DNA of 64,000 nucleotides, taken from contig JAGXNO010000001.1 of the NCBI GenBank assembly GCA_019894975.1, forward strand, positions 64,001 through 128,000, in the 5' to 3' direction. The translations under genes and the position numbers were made by a program. Under the pieces are notes generated by a model that saw nothing but the letters and a program-made list of their open reading frames with translations, was not told where the DNA came from and made no database searches. The DNA comes from Promethearchaeota archaeon. Lineage in GTDB: Archaea > Asgardarchaeota > Lokiarchaeia > Sigyniarchaeales > SOKP01. This document shows positions 27,763-37,837 of the stretch, piece by piece (the stretch's first letter is position 1; every line of letters begins with the position of its first letter).

Positions 27763-28398
27763 TTACTTTATAGTAGTAATTTCTAGTATCATTTCAGCAA
27801 CTCTATTGTTGAATTGTTCAACATCTGCAAAATCTTCGACCGTTTCACCACAAGTTGTAAAAAATTCATTTATTTCTATTTTTCGGGTGTTAAAGAATTC
27901 CTGAATCTGGTTTTTTGTTACGTCAATTTTTTTATCTCTATCCCCTTTTAGTAAATCAACCTTATTAATACATACATATATCTTATCAGGGAAAAACCTT
28001 ACATCGTTAAAGAATTCAAACTGAGGATCTAAGTCTCTATCAAGGGAAAAGACAGCAACTATTTGTGTAGCAATCCGTGAAATTGTAATAATACCCATTT
28101 TGACAACAGCCCTTTTCCTATCTCCCCCAGGTGCAAAGATTGTGTGAGCCCTATTGCTTGCATCTTCTCGAAACACAATTCGGTTAGGATGAATAGTCTT
28201 AGTCTCTTTTTGATTAAGAGCGTCTTCTTTATCTCCTCCCGGTACTGTTGCTTCACCTGAAAAATCAGCTTTCACTACAGAGCATTTCGTACCACCCTCA
28301 ACTTTTTCAATATCCCCTTTTTTCAAATATCTTACAAATAGACGAAGGATACTGGTTTTCCCAACACTTACGTCACCTAACAATCCAATGTTTACCAT
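27763..28398 (-). CDS. Divergent small GTPase (Ras-like superfamily, MglA-like G3)
   Basis: G1 GDVSVGKT, G3 replaced by FAPGG, G4 NKVD, G5-like TCG. Confidence 0.8.
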   Translation of the reverse strand: MVNIGLLGDVSVGKTSILRLFVRYLKKGDIEKVEGGTKCSVVKADFSGEATVPGGDKEDALNQKETKTIHPNRIVFREDASNRAHTIFAPGGDRKRAVVKMGIITISRIATQIVAVFSLDRDLDPQFEFFNDVRFFPDKIYVCINKVDLLKGDRDKKIDVTKNQIQEFFNTRKIEINEFFTTCGETVEDFADVEQFNNRVAEMILEITTIK

Positions 28399-29210
28399 TA
28401 CACTTCACCTTCTAAGAGCTTATTTAATAATAATTCATAATCGGGGATTAGAAATTGTTCAAGTAATGCATTATTATGAGCATGAATGAGTGCAATTAAC
28501 ACTTCTTTCATATTTTTCGCATTTTTCGCATATTTTGATAAATTATCTGAGGTTGGTTCTTCATTAAAATCTCTTGCATGTTCTTCAAATCCGAATTTGG
28601 ATAGATCCGGCAATGCATTGAAAAACCCAAAAGCAGAATAACCTTGATATTGGTAAAACACGAAGAATCTAGTTTTAATATTTTCAATTACTTGAGACAA
28701 ATAGGTTGATGGATATATTTCTCCTAATGTTAATTCTCCATCTTGTTTTATCACAAAATAAGGAGAAATTGGAGAAACTTGAGCACCATACATCTCTTTT
28801 GGAGGGATTGATATGAATGGGAGTTTTTCTGAAACTATTGTCCATAAATCTTCTCTTCTTTTCTCTAATAAAATATCTTTAATTTCATCGTAAGCGAAGA
28901 AGAAGTCCGATTGTAACGCTAAGAGAGAGCTAAGATATACTGATATTGAAGCAAATGTAGCTTCTAACACAGGTCTTCTCCCTCCATTTGAATCTGATGG
29001 TTTAACAGCACCTTTCCATGCTCTCAATCCAGAATAAGCAAATGACTTTACATCAAAAAAAGCTCCAGAAAGAAATAAGAAAGATGGAGCATCTCCTTTA
29101 TCACCCGTTAATAAATCCATAGATTTCTCAATCAGAATGCTTTCTAACTTAGCATCATGAAATTTAGAGTGAACCTTAGGCATTTGCAACCATGTTTTTT
29201 TCTTTGCCAA
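28398..29210 (-). CDS. Hypothetical protein translationally coupled to the GTPase
   Basis: 270-aa ORF, TAATG stop/start overlap at 28398. Confidence 0.75.
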   Translation of the reverse strand: MAKKKTWLQMPKVHSKFHDAKLESILIEKSMDLLTGDKGDAPSFLFLSGAFFDVKSFAYSGLRAWKGAVKPSDSNGGRRPVLEATFASISVYLSSLLALQSDFFFAYDEIKDILLEKRREDLWTIVSEKLPFISIPPKEMYGAQVSPISPYFVIKQDGELTLGEIYPSTYLSQVIENIKTRFFVFYQYQGYSAFGFFNALPDLSKFGFEEHARDFNEEPTSDNLSKYAKNAKNMKEVLIALIHAHNNALLEQFLIPDYELLLNKLLEGEV

Positions 29211-29364
29211 AATATTTACTCTCTTTTTATTAATTTTGATAAATTTTTAAAAAACTGCTGTATAATTAATTTTTCGTATTTTAATTAAACAATATATTAT
29301 CTCAATATAATTTTTTGCACTTAATAAGAACAGATCGGGATATAATCTTAAAAACTAAACATAT

Positions 29365-29988
29365 TCAGGTATTTACCTGGTTGGCTAATAACTCTCTCAT
29401 TTTTGAAGTAATCAAATCAAATTCTTGCATTGACTTCAAATTTGATAATTTAATGCATTCTATAAATTTAGAATCCTTAAAATAATCATAGCCTAATTCT
29501 AAATCAGGATTATCATCTTTAATTTTTAAAAGAGCACCTCTTAAAAAAATCGTTATAAATTCTTCTGAACTTTCTCTTATTGATCTATCCTTCGGGTCAA
29601 TAAGTTTTATTTCAACTTGGTTGAAATCTACAAAATTAAGGACACATAATAATTTTGAATCTTTTTCTTCTCCTTTAGAAAATATTTTTCTTTTAATATT
29701 TGTACCTTTTACGCTTTCCTTGGGTACTTCCTCAATAAAATATTGTTCCTCAATTGACTTTGTATCTGTTTCCTGTAAATGATTTGTATAAATCTTGTCA
29801 GCACTCTGAAACGATTTATTCGATATTAAAGAATTGAGGAAATTTAAGACTTCTTTTAATTCGGTAATCTCTATTTGTAGTTCTTCAAGTTGTTCTTTTT
29901 TTTTATAATAGAGATTCTGAATTTTACTTAACATCAATGATAATTTTTCTATTTCTGTTTGATTATCTCTAATACCCATTGAATTCAT
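29365..29988 (-). CDS. Hypothetical protein with N-terminal coiled coil
   Basis: 207-aa ORF, heptad pattern in the first 55 aa. Confidence 0.7.
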   Translation of the reverse strand: MNSMGIRDNQTEIEKLSLMLSKIQNLYYKKKEQLEELQIEITELKEVLNFLNSLISNKSFQSADKIYTNHLQETDTKSIEEQYFIEEVPKESVKGTNIKRKIFSKGEEKDSKLLCVLNFVDFNQVEIKLIDPKDRSIRESSEEFITIFLRGALLKIKDDNPDLELGYDYFKDSKFIECIKLSNLKSMQEFDLITSKMRELLANQVNT

Positions 29989-30060
29989 ATATGTTTTATA
30001 AGAAATTAAATGTATTTAAAAATTAATGCTATTGATAAATTAAGTAATTTTTATTAAGGC

Positions 30061-30942
30061 GTGAATAAGATGCAATCAATGATAATAACCCCCAATCCCT
30101 CGGATCCTGAAGTTCAAATACTCAGTAAAGAATTTGAAAAAAAAGGATATAATGTTGAATATTTTATCCCCTCTACAATGAAAGTATTGATTTCATTTAG
30201 AGATAAGTTTAAGGAAATGTTTAAGGATCTTGAGCCTAGAGCAGCCTTAGTAAGAGGATTTGGGGCGGCAGCAACTCAAAAAATCTTTTTTCGACTTGAT
30301 ATATTAAGAGCCATAGAAGAATATGATGTTAAATTGATAAATTCAAGAGAATCTTTAGAAATTGCTAGCGATAAATTTTTAACTTCAATCTTTTTAGAAA
30401 AACATAAAATCCCTACACCTAAAACTATTGTTTGTGAAGATCCAAATAAGGCATTAGAAGGTTTTGAAGAATTAGGTGGAGATTGTGTTTTCAAACCCCT
30501 ATTCGGATCTAAAGGGATTGGAATTACCCGTTTAAATGATAAAGCTTTTGCTGAAAATGTAATATATTCTCTCAGTAGACTAAATGAAGTGTTCTATTTA
30601 CAAGAATTTATCGAGCATAATAAAAGAGACATCAGAATATTAGTATTAGGTGATAGAGTTATCGCCGGTATGTACAGAGTAGGTGATAGTTGGAAAACTA
30701 ATATCTATGCTGGAGCAAAAGCAGAACCACTAAAAATTTCTGAAGAATTAGAAAACCTTGCAATCAAGGCTGCTCAAGTGACTAAGACTGAAATTGCGGG
30801 AGTAGACTTGATAGAAGGAAAAAGTGGTTTTCAAGTTTTGGAAGTAAATTCAATACCGGGATTTACCGCTTTACAAAAGGTTACATCGGTTAATATTGCC
30901 GAGGAAATTGTAAAGTTTTTCTTTAAAGCTGCAACTGGTTAG
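30061..30942 (+). CDS. RimK-family ATP-grasp ligase (MptN/CofF/LysX-like)
   Basis: DKFLT, KPLFGSKGIG, QEFI, RDIR, WKTN, EVNSIPG. Confidence 0.92.
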   Translation: MNKMQSMIITPNPSDPEVQILSKEFEKKGYNVEYFIPSTMKVLISFRDKFKEMFKDLEPRAALVRGFGAAATQKIFFRLDILRAIEEYDVKLINSRESLEIASDKFLTSIFLEKHKIPTPKTIVCEDPNKALEGFEELGGDCVFKPLFGSKGIGITRLNDKAFAENVIYSLSRLNEVFYLQEFIEHNKRDIRILVLGDRVIAGMYRVGDSWKTNIYAGAKAEPLKISEELENLAIKAAQVTKTEIAGVDLIEGKSGFQVLEVNSIPGFTALQKVTSVNIAEEIVKFFFKAATG

Positions 30943-31008
30943 ATCCTTTAAAATAAAAAAAGAGAAAAAAAAAGTTAGATTCTATTAAGCCAATTTATCA
31001 ATCATTTT

Positions 31009-31344
31009 TTAGAGATCCTCAATCAATCCTATTAAGAAAGCAATTAATACTAAAACTCCTGCGATTATATCTACAAAAATAATTAGTAATATTGCAAAAA
31101 TCAAAAGTACAATCCAATGAAATGGGATCGGATTATTTGGTTTCAAAGCAACCCAGAATGTTAAAATTACCACTACTAAGCCAATAATAAAGTTAACAAC
31201 AATATCTATCCCAACATCAATAGGTAAAACTTGATATTGGTTACCTACATTTGTAAGTCTAAGTATTAAATATACTAATCCTACCACGGCTCCAATAATT
31301 GTTAAAAATTTCATTAATTGTCCATTTTTGTAATTTTTAGTCAA
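31009..31344 (-). CDS. Hypothetical small membrane protein
   Basis: Almost entirely hydrophobic, 3-4 TM. Confidence 0.7.
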   Translation of the reverse strand: MTKNYKNGQLMKFLTIIGAVVGLVYLILRLTNVGNQYQVLPIDVGIDIVVNFIIGLVVVILTFWVALKPNNPIPFHWIVLLIFAILLIIFVDIIAGVLVLIAFLIGLIEDL

Positions 31345-31545
31345 TTTGTATCATCTCATTTGAAATAATATTTCTTATTAAGTCATTAAGTTATAAAAGC
31401 ATTTATATTTCAATTTAGAAGTACTGAATAAGTTAACGAGGGTTATTTTAGCAATGTGTTAGAAAAGCTAAGGATTTTACTTTTTCTATAATGTATTATC
31501 ACGATATTTTTTGATTTTATATAAGATTTTTTTGGTAAAATTCAT

Positions 31546-31719
31546 GTGATTGATGAAAAAATAAACCGTTATAAACAGGAAATTGATCTCGCAAAAAGTT
31601 TATCTAGTCTGAAACATGCCGATCGAGATTATTATGAGAATTTAATTATCAGGTTTGAAAAAATCCTAAGGTTTTATGAAGATTTAAAAATCTGGAGAGA
31701 ATATGGTAAAAGTGAATAA
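31546..31719 (+). CDS. Small helical-hairpin protein (57 aa, not in ORF track)
   Basis: GTG start, MIDEKINRYKQEIDLAKSLSSLKHADRDYYENLIIRFEKILRFYEDLKIWREYGKSE; fills an intergenic gap. Confidence 0.55.
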   Translation: MIDEKINRYKQEIDLAKSLSSLKHADRDYYENLIIRFEKILRFYEDLKIWREYGKSE

Positions 31720-31759
31720 TAAATACAATGCTGTATTCCTTTCACTTCTAAAATCTGAA

Positions 31760-32365
31760 TTATTTAATCCCTAAAATATTAAAATCAAAATCATTTTTTA
31801 GTATCAAAAAAATTTTATGCATTGGTAATCCTATAACATTCGAAGGGGAACCTTTTATATACTCAATAAATAAACTTGCTTTTTCAGTTATTGTATATGC
31901 TCCTGCTCTTCCTTTCCAATCTCCTGATCTAATATAGTTCCAAATTTCATTGTCGGAGAGTTGAAGGAATTTGACAGTAGTACTATCATAATCCGTAATA
32001 ACTTTGGATTTATGTGTATTGGTTATTGCTATCCCCGTTAATAAATTATGGGTTTTTCCTATTAATTTTTTAAGAATTCTAAAAGCATCTTGTTCATCTA
32101 GTGCTTTACCAATGATTTCACCATTTAGCTCTACAACCGTATCAGCAGCTATTATAATCCCCTCTTTTTTACTTCTTTGCATTACTTCTTTTGCGTTCAA
32201 TCCTTTTGTCCGAGCTAATTCCATTACCAGTTGTATTGGGTCTTTAATTTCTTTTTTAAACTGTTCTTCATCAACATCAGTTTTTAGAACTTCAATTGGT
32301 ATTCTGGCCTGCTTAAATAATTCCCTTCTATCAGGAGATTTTGATGCTAGTATAATACGCTCCAA
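31760..32365 (-). CDS. maf: Maf family nucleoside-triphosphate pyrophosphatase
   Basis: IILASKSPDRRELF, AADTVV, GRAGAY, NVIGLP. Confidence 0.93.
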   Translation of the reverse strand: MERIILASKSPDRRELFKQARIPIEVLKTDVDEEQFKKEIKDPIQLVMELARTKGLNAKEVMQRSKKEGIIIAADTVVELNGEIIGKALDEQDAFRILKKLIGKTHNLLTGIAITNTHKSKVITDYDSTTVKFLQLSDNEIWNYIRSGDWKGRAGAYTITEKASLFIEYIKGSPSNVIGLPMHKIFLILKNDFDFNILGIK

Positions 32366-32510
32366 ATTATATCACCTTTTTCGCTTAAAATTAACCTAAT
32401 TAAAGTAAGAATATATTTCTTGTTAACGTTATTAGTAAATTTATTTACATATATTTTATTAGCCTTTAAGATCAATTATTGTTTAAAGAATAAACCCCGT
32501 TTAAGTCATC

Positions 32511-33614
32511 ATGGATTACTATTACATCTGGTTTAGTGTAATCGTTTTTTTTTATATCCTTATCATTTATGGTTTTGCAATTTTTTCTAACAAAAATGAT
32601 AATTTAAATAACTTAACTGCGTTTGTAACCTTATTCTTCGTATTTGTACATATTTTTATCTTTCTTGTTTTAATGAATCAAGAAGATAGGTTAAGATCTT
32701 TTATGGTACCATTATGGTTATTAATTTTAAGCATACCACCCTTGATTATATGTATTTTAATTTTCTTCTCCTCTATTTTTGTTTACACATATGAAAAAAT
32801 GGCCAAGAAAGATTTATCAAGTTTAGGAAAAGAATTAGAAAGAAAAAAAGAAACTTGGAGTAAAGCTAAGAAGGATACCCACAGAAAATTAAATCATGTA
32901 CTAATTTTTCTAGGACTTGTTTTAGTTTGGTACGTAGGATTGTTTATTGCACACGATTATACAGGATCTTCCGTAGGAATGATTCCTGAAGAGAATAACA
33001 TGCTTCTACTATATTTTAGACTAATTACAGAACTGAATTCAATATTTGAAGTTCTTTTTTCATTAGGATGGTTTTACTATATTTTATTTTTCTTTTTTTA
33101 CATTTTTAATCTATTTATCTTAGCAAACGAATTTGCACGTAAGTCAAACTCCCTTTCGTTTCCTTTTACTTTTTTTACCAAGATATATCTTTCTGAGAAA
33201 GAGAGACAAAATTATGGTTCTTATTTATTCTTTGCGATTGGACAGATGTTTGCTGCTTTTGTCTGTCCACCTATGGTGTTCTTTACTATTTTAGGAATTG
33301 GTTCAATTAGTGATTTGATGACAAGCCAAGTGGGTATAAGGTTTGGAAAAACACACATTTCATGGAATAAAAATAAGACTTGGGAAGGCACAATAGCTGG
33401 CACTTTAGTCACTTTAGCAATCTGTTTCTTGTTTGTTGGTATTTATTGGTCATTAATTTTCACACTAGCGTTTTTAGTTTTCGATATATTCACTGAAAAA
33501 CCAATTAATCTCTCAGACAACTTATTAATACCCATTGGATGTAGTCTTATATATTTGCTTGTTAGATTCTTCTTTAATTTGGATTATTATACACTCATAA
33601 TATATTGGATTTAA
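32511..33614 (+). CDS. CTP-dependent polyprenol/dolichol/diacylglycerol kinase family membrane protein
   Basis: RKLNH, SDLMTSQVGIRFG, KTWEGTIAG, SDNLLIP. Confidence 0.8.
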   Translation: MDYYYIWFSVIVFFYILIIYGFAIFSNKNDNLNNLTAFVTLFFVFVHIFIFLVLMNQEDRLRSFMVPLWLLILSIPPLIICILIFFSSIFVYTYEKMAKKDLSSLGKELERKKETWSKAKKDTHRKLNHVLIFLGLVLVWYVGLFIAHDYTGSSVGMIPEENNMLLLYFRLITELNSIFEVLFSLGWFYYILFFFFYIFNLFILANEFARKSNSLSFPFTFFTKIYLSEKERQNYGSYLFFAIGQMFAAFVCPPMVFFTILGIGSISDLMTSQVGIRFGKTHISWNKNKTWEGTIAGTLVTLAICFLFVGIYWSLIFTLAFLVFDIFTEKPINLSDNLLIPIGCSLIYLLVRFFFNLDYYTLIIYWI

Positions 33615-33687
33615 AAAAACAAATAGTATAGAGATTTTAGAGAAGATCATAACATTTTAAGAATATTTAATATTACTAAACAAGAAA

Positions 33688-34719
33688 ATGTATTATCTGC
33701 CAACAACAATCATTTTTATTACCTATTCAATTTTAACGCTAATTTATTCTCTTAAGAATAGGCAGATCAAGAAGAAAAATCATATATTTATAAATGAGAT
33801 TTTACTTGCTGCATTATTTTTAGTAGCGGGGGTTTTATTTCCTTTTTTGTATCAGTCTCAATCTCCTGATTTAAGTCGAAACTCGCTAAATTATATGTGG
33901 TTATTTACATCAACCATTCTTATATTAGAATTGGGAATATGGGTCGTTATGCTAGGTTACAATGGAAGAATTTCAAAAAAAAATCCTGAAATTATGGCAG
34001 AAAGAGACTATAAAAAATTTTGTGAAGAATTTGATAAAAACTGGGTTGATGATTTGAGAAGTGAAGCTGGGAGAAAACTTTTACATCTATTTGCATGTTT
34101 CGTGATCTTCTTCTTCTGGACTCTAGGGCTTATCCTAGAAGATATTGGAATTCTACCCCAATGGGGTTTAGATAACTATAGTTTCTCATATTGGCTAACA
34201 ATTACTGTTGGTTTTGGATTTGTAATCATGGTTCAAATAGGAGATCTGGCACGACTGAATAAATTCTACTTACTTCCTAAATGGAGTAAACGATGGTATA
34301 AATCTATGCGCCAAGAAGAGCAATTTACATTTGTTGCTTCCACACCTTTGGTATTATCGTTTATACCATTTCTATTTGCGCCTTTTCCGATTTTTGGGGC
34401 TGTAGTCTTAATAACAACAGGAGCAGATGCAGTCGCTTGCATAATTGGGAAAAAATATGGAAAGTATAGTCTTAGAAAAAACTCAAATAAGACAATTGAA
34501 GGTTTTATTGCAGGTGGCGTTTCAACATTTCTAATTGTTATTATTATTTTGACTCTATATCATCCATGGATGCCAGTGAGCATATCAAAAATATTCATAA
34601 TGGCATCCGTTGCCACAATTTTATTCTTAATGGTTGATAGATTTGTCAGGAATATATCAGATAATATTTTGAATCCTTTAATGACAGGATTTGGTATCTG
34701 GATTATTCTATTTCTTTAA
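33688..34719 (+). CDS. CTP-dependent polyprenol/dolichol/diacylglycerol kinase family membrane protein (paralog)
   Basis: RKLLH, ADAVACIIGKKYG, KTIEGFIAG, SDNILNP. Confidence 0.82.
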   Translation: MYYLPTTIIFITYSILTLIYSLKNRQIKKKNHIFINEILLAALFLVAGVLFPFLYQSQSPDLSRNSLNYMWLFTSTILILELGIWVVMLGYNGRISKKNPEIMAERDYKKFCEEFDKNWVDDLRSEAGRKLLHLFACFVIFFFWTLGLILEDIGILPQWGLDNYSFSYWLTITVGFGFVIMVQIGDLARLNKFYLLPKWSKRWYKSMRQEEQFTFVASTPLVLSFIPFLFAPFPIFGAVVLITTGADAVACIIGKKYGKYSLRKNSNKTIEGFIAGGVSTFLIVIIILTLYHPWMPVSISKIFIMASVATILFLMVDRFVRNISDNILNPLMTGFGIWIILFL

Positions 34720-34729
34720 AATAAAGGCT

Positions 34730-35020
34730 TTATCCACCAAAATAAATATAGATAAAAACAATTTGATCTCCATCTTTTAATCTTGTTTCTAAGAACTTAT
34801 CATGCTGGTAACTCCTTCCATTAATAATAATAGATAAAAACTTACTAAAGACTCCTTTATTTCCTTTTTCCCAGACTAATTCAGTAAATCTCTCACCATA
34901 CTTCTGCCCAAAAAACTCAATTAGCTCAGCTAAAGTAAGTTCTTTTTCAAAATCAAATATTTCGTTTATGGTTTTAGTTACTTCATTAAACGGTGGAGAA
35001 AATTCCAAGTGTAATTTCAT
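34730..35020 (-). CDS. MoaD/ThiS/SAMP ubiquitin-like protein
   Basis: TLAELI, IIING, LKDGDQIVFIYIYFGG with C-terminal diglycine. Confidence 0.92.
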   Translation of the reverse strand: MKLHLEFSPPFNEVTKTINEIFDFEKELTLAELIEFFGQKYGERFTELVWEKGNKGVFSKFLSIIINGRSYQHDKFLETRLKDGDQIVFIYIYFGG

Positions 35021-35136
35021 AGTCTAATTAAACCTAAGAGTTTAATTATGTTAATAATTTAAAATAAAGTTATTAATAAAAATTTGACGTTAATACAAAA
35101 TAAAAAAAAGAAAACTAAGTTAATTGTTGTATTTAA

Positions 35137-35307
35137 TCAATCATCGTCGCCGGCTTCTTTAACTGCCTTTTCGAACCCTTTCTTAACACTACCTTTCTTG
35201 ATTCCTTTTTTTACGCCTTTTCCTAAAGCTTCAGAACCTGTAACATTTTCCACAATTCCCCCAGCAGCTTTAGCGACGCCCTTCTTTAATTTCTTTAATG
35301 CACCCAT
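35137..35307 (-). CDS. Small Lys/Gly-rich protein (56 aa, not in ORF track)
   Basis: MGALKKLKKGVAKAAGGIVENVTGSEALGKGVKKGIKKGSVKKGFEKAVKEAGDDD; GAGTGA RBS upstream, T-tract downstream. Confidence 0.75.
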   Translation of the reverse strand: MGALKKLKKGVAKAAGGIVENVTGSEALGKGVKKGIKKGSVKKGFEKAVKEAGDDD

Positions 35308-35565
35308 AAATATCACTCTCTTTCATTAAATGTATTGTTTTAAATCTGTAGTATATTCTTACATTATCATAATGTAAATATGGGTTTAATAAATGTTGTG
35401 GGAGACTTGAAGTATATTTGAACTGAGATATTCTAGACTTTTAGAATTAAAAATTTATTTTACCCCATGGAATTTTATTAATTTTTTAACAATTATATTC
35501 TAATATTGTTATTACATATCAATATCAGTTTAACTAGTTAAAAAAATTGAGTAGATTTAATTAAA

Positions 35566-36567
35566 ATGGCTAAAGTTATTTTTATTTCCAAAAAAGATGT
35601 CAGAGATGCTTGGTTATCTGCCGTTGGTCAAGTTTTGTATCATGGAGATGATATAAAGACTGAATATGACAAAAAAGAGGATCCTCCTTCTAAGGACGCT
35701 ACGGTATTAATTGAAATTAAAGAACCGTTTAGCAATCCTATTAAGCGTAAAGATAAAATCATGAAGATTAGATCTAAATTCGGAATTTCCTATGAAGTAT
35801 ATGGTTGCATGGCTGATACCTACTTAATTGGTTCTATTCAGAGCGGTTATATTGAAGAAATTATGGAGGGTGTAAATGATCATTTATTACATGACTCCGG
35901 GGTAAGTTTTCCATATTCTTATCATGACAGAATATTTAATTATGCTCCGTATTCTCTTGAGGATTCTATACATATAAATTATGATTTAGAACCTGTTAAT
36001 ACTGATTTTGTAAAATCTCATGAAAAATTATTGAAAGCAGAGAAAATCAGCAGTACAACTGATTCTACTATTTGGAAGCTAAGTAATGGGATTGAATTTG
36101 ATTTAGACAAAACAATCTCAGAGCAAATTGCTGTTGATAAAGTTCCAATTGCTGCATTATTGTTCCCAAGAATCAACCAAATGGAGTATATAATCCAAAA
36201 ATTAAAAGAAACACCATATTCACGCAGAGCACAAGCAATAACTTGGCGTCCATTAGTTGATCCTTATCATGAGGATCCTCCATGTCTTCAGAGGATTTTC
36301 ATGCGAATTAAGGAAGGAAAATTGTTGATGCAAACAACATGGAGGAGTCGTGATCTCTTTCGAGCATGGGAGGCAAACGTAAACGGTATGATACGAATTC
36401 AAAAGAGCATTGCAGATAAATTAAATGTTGAAGTGGGACACTATTTAGATTTCAGCAATTCTCTTCATATCTATGGCAGTACTATTGCAGAAGTTAAGGA
36501 TATGTTCCAGCGCATGAAAGTCAGAGGGGAAGAATTTCCTGAAGAAATTGCTAATTTAATAGAATAA
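35566..36567 (+). CDS. thyA: Thymidylate synthase, archaeal type
   Basis: YSYHDR, SRRA, PPCLQ, RSRD, SLHIY. Confidence 0.9.
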   Translation: MAKVIFISKKDVRDAWLSAVGQVLYHGDDIKTEYDKKEDPPSKDATVLIEIKEPFSNPIKRKDKIMKIRSKFGISYEVYGCMADTYLIGSIQSGYIEEIMEGVNDHLLHDSGVSFPYSYHDRIFNYAPYSLEDSIHINYDLEPVNTDFVKSHEKLLKAEKISSTTDSTIWKLSNGIEFDLDKTISEQIAVDKVPIAALLFPRINQMEYIIQKLKETPYSRRAQAITWRPLVDPYHEDPPCLQRIFMRIKEGKLLMQTTWRSRDLFRAWEANVNGMIRIQKSIADKLNVEVGHYLDFSNSLHIYGSTIAEVKDMFQRMKVRGEEFPEEIANLIE

Positions 36568-36577
36568 ATCCAATTCA

Positions 36578-37333
36578 TTAGAAGATACGTGGAAAGATTT
36601 CTTTTGTATTCTCATAAAGTTGATTTTCTAATTTATCAATAGGAATATTTTTTAAATTAGATATAGTATCTAAGACATCCTTAATCATTGCAGGAGTTCC
36701 GTCTTTTCCTGAATATTTCACTGGTCCATCACTTTCAAGTAGGAGATGTTCTATATCAACTGTTAATACCGTTTTTTTTACTGCTGGTGAATAGCTAATT
36801 GCTGGGGTAATTGAGAAAAAATAACCTCTATCAATTCCTAAATTTAAAAATTCTTCTGGTCCTGAATACCAATGAACATTAACATTAGGTAAGTTAAAAG
36901 AGGGAAGCATATCAAATATTATTTTTTCGCCCCCTTTTGTATGTAGATTCACAGGTAACTCTAACTCCTGAGCAAGTGTTAACATTTGTTCAAAAATATT
37001 TGTTTGAAGTGGGTATAACTCTTTTTCCTTTACAAAATGATGATCTAAACCAATTTCACCAATTGCACAGATATTATTTCTATTAGCTCTTATTAATTTG
37101 ATAACAGATTCTAATTGATTTTCAATATCTTTATTCATCTTTACTTCTTCAGGATGAATTCCTAAGGCAGGATATATTTCATCGTATCGCTCTGATATTT
37201 CCAATATTCTTCCAATGCTTACAGCACTCATTCCAACTGCAATTATCTTTTCAACCCCTACGTTCTTAGCCTCTATAATGACTTGATCTAGAGCTAAGTA
37301 AAGATTTGCGTGGCAGTGAATATCAATTAGAAT
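36578..37333 (-). CDS. tatD: TatD family DNase (N-terminus extended to a non-canonical ATT start)
   Basis: In-frame upstream LIDIHCH motif, GIHP, IGEIGLD, LESDGP. Confidence 0.9.
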   Translation of the reverse strand: MLIDIHCHANLYLALDQVIIEAKNVGVEKIIAVGMSAVSIGRILEISERYDEIYPALGIHPEEVKMNKDIENQLESVIKLIRANRNNICAIGEIGLDHHFVKEKELYPLQTNIFEQMLTLAQELELPVNLHTKGGEKIIFDMLPSFNLPNVNVHWYSGPEEFLNLGIDRGYFFSITPAISYSPAVKKTVLTVDIEHLLLESDGPVKYSGKDGTPAMIKDVLDTISNLKNIPIDKLENQLYENTKEIFPRIF

Positions 37334-37381
37334 TTTTTACACCTCTAATAAAATAATATAGGAATAAAGAAATATTATAGT

Positions 37382-37720
37382 TTACATGGAATTAATTTGT
37401 TCACGAATGAGAGCGATCTTCTTAACTAATTCAAACTTCTTTCTCCTATTATAATCAGATGAATCTAAATGATCTTGAAGAGTTATTAACTCCTTTAATA
37501 AGTATTTTTTTAAATCTTCTTTAGTGAAATGTCCAATATGCTCTGGGAGAGGTTCAATTTTGGCTGCTCTCTTTATTCTTAAGTCAGAAATTGCTTTCGC
37601 TAGTTGGGCTTGAAAGCCGCTAGCCTTACTTGGATCAATATCTCCCAATGTATCTAAAGAAGTTGTTAATCCATCAATGAAGGCTTCTAAATCTTCTACT
37701 TCAATTGTATCATCAGGCAT
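37382..37720 (-). CDS. Hypothetical helical protein
   Basis: 112-aa ORF with typical composition. Confidence 0.7.
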   Translation of the reverse strand: MPDDTIEVEDLEAFIDGLTTSLDTLGDIDPSKASGFQAQLAKAISDLRIKRAAKIEPLPEHIGHFTKEDLKKYLLKELITLQDHLDSSDYNRRKKFELVKKIALIREQINSM

Positions 37721-37837
37721 TGGAAAACTTGGAAAAATTAAATGTCTCTTTTTTTAAATTCTAGAAACAACTTAGATATTTATTATTGATTATTCTACTT
37801 TAACCTAAATGTAAATTACTAATCCTCAAGCTACGTT

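Noticed and set aside
35566-36567. Intein in thyA
   Set aside because: The insert lacks the N-terminal C/S and C-terminal HN-C/S/T splice motifs and is too short
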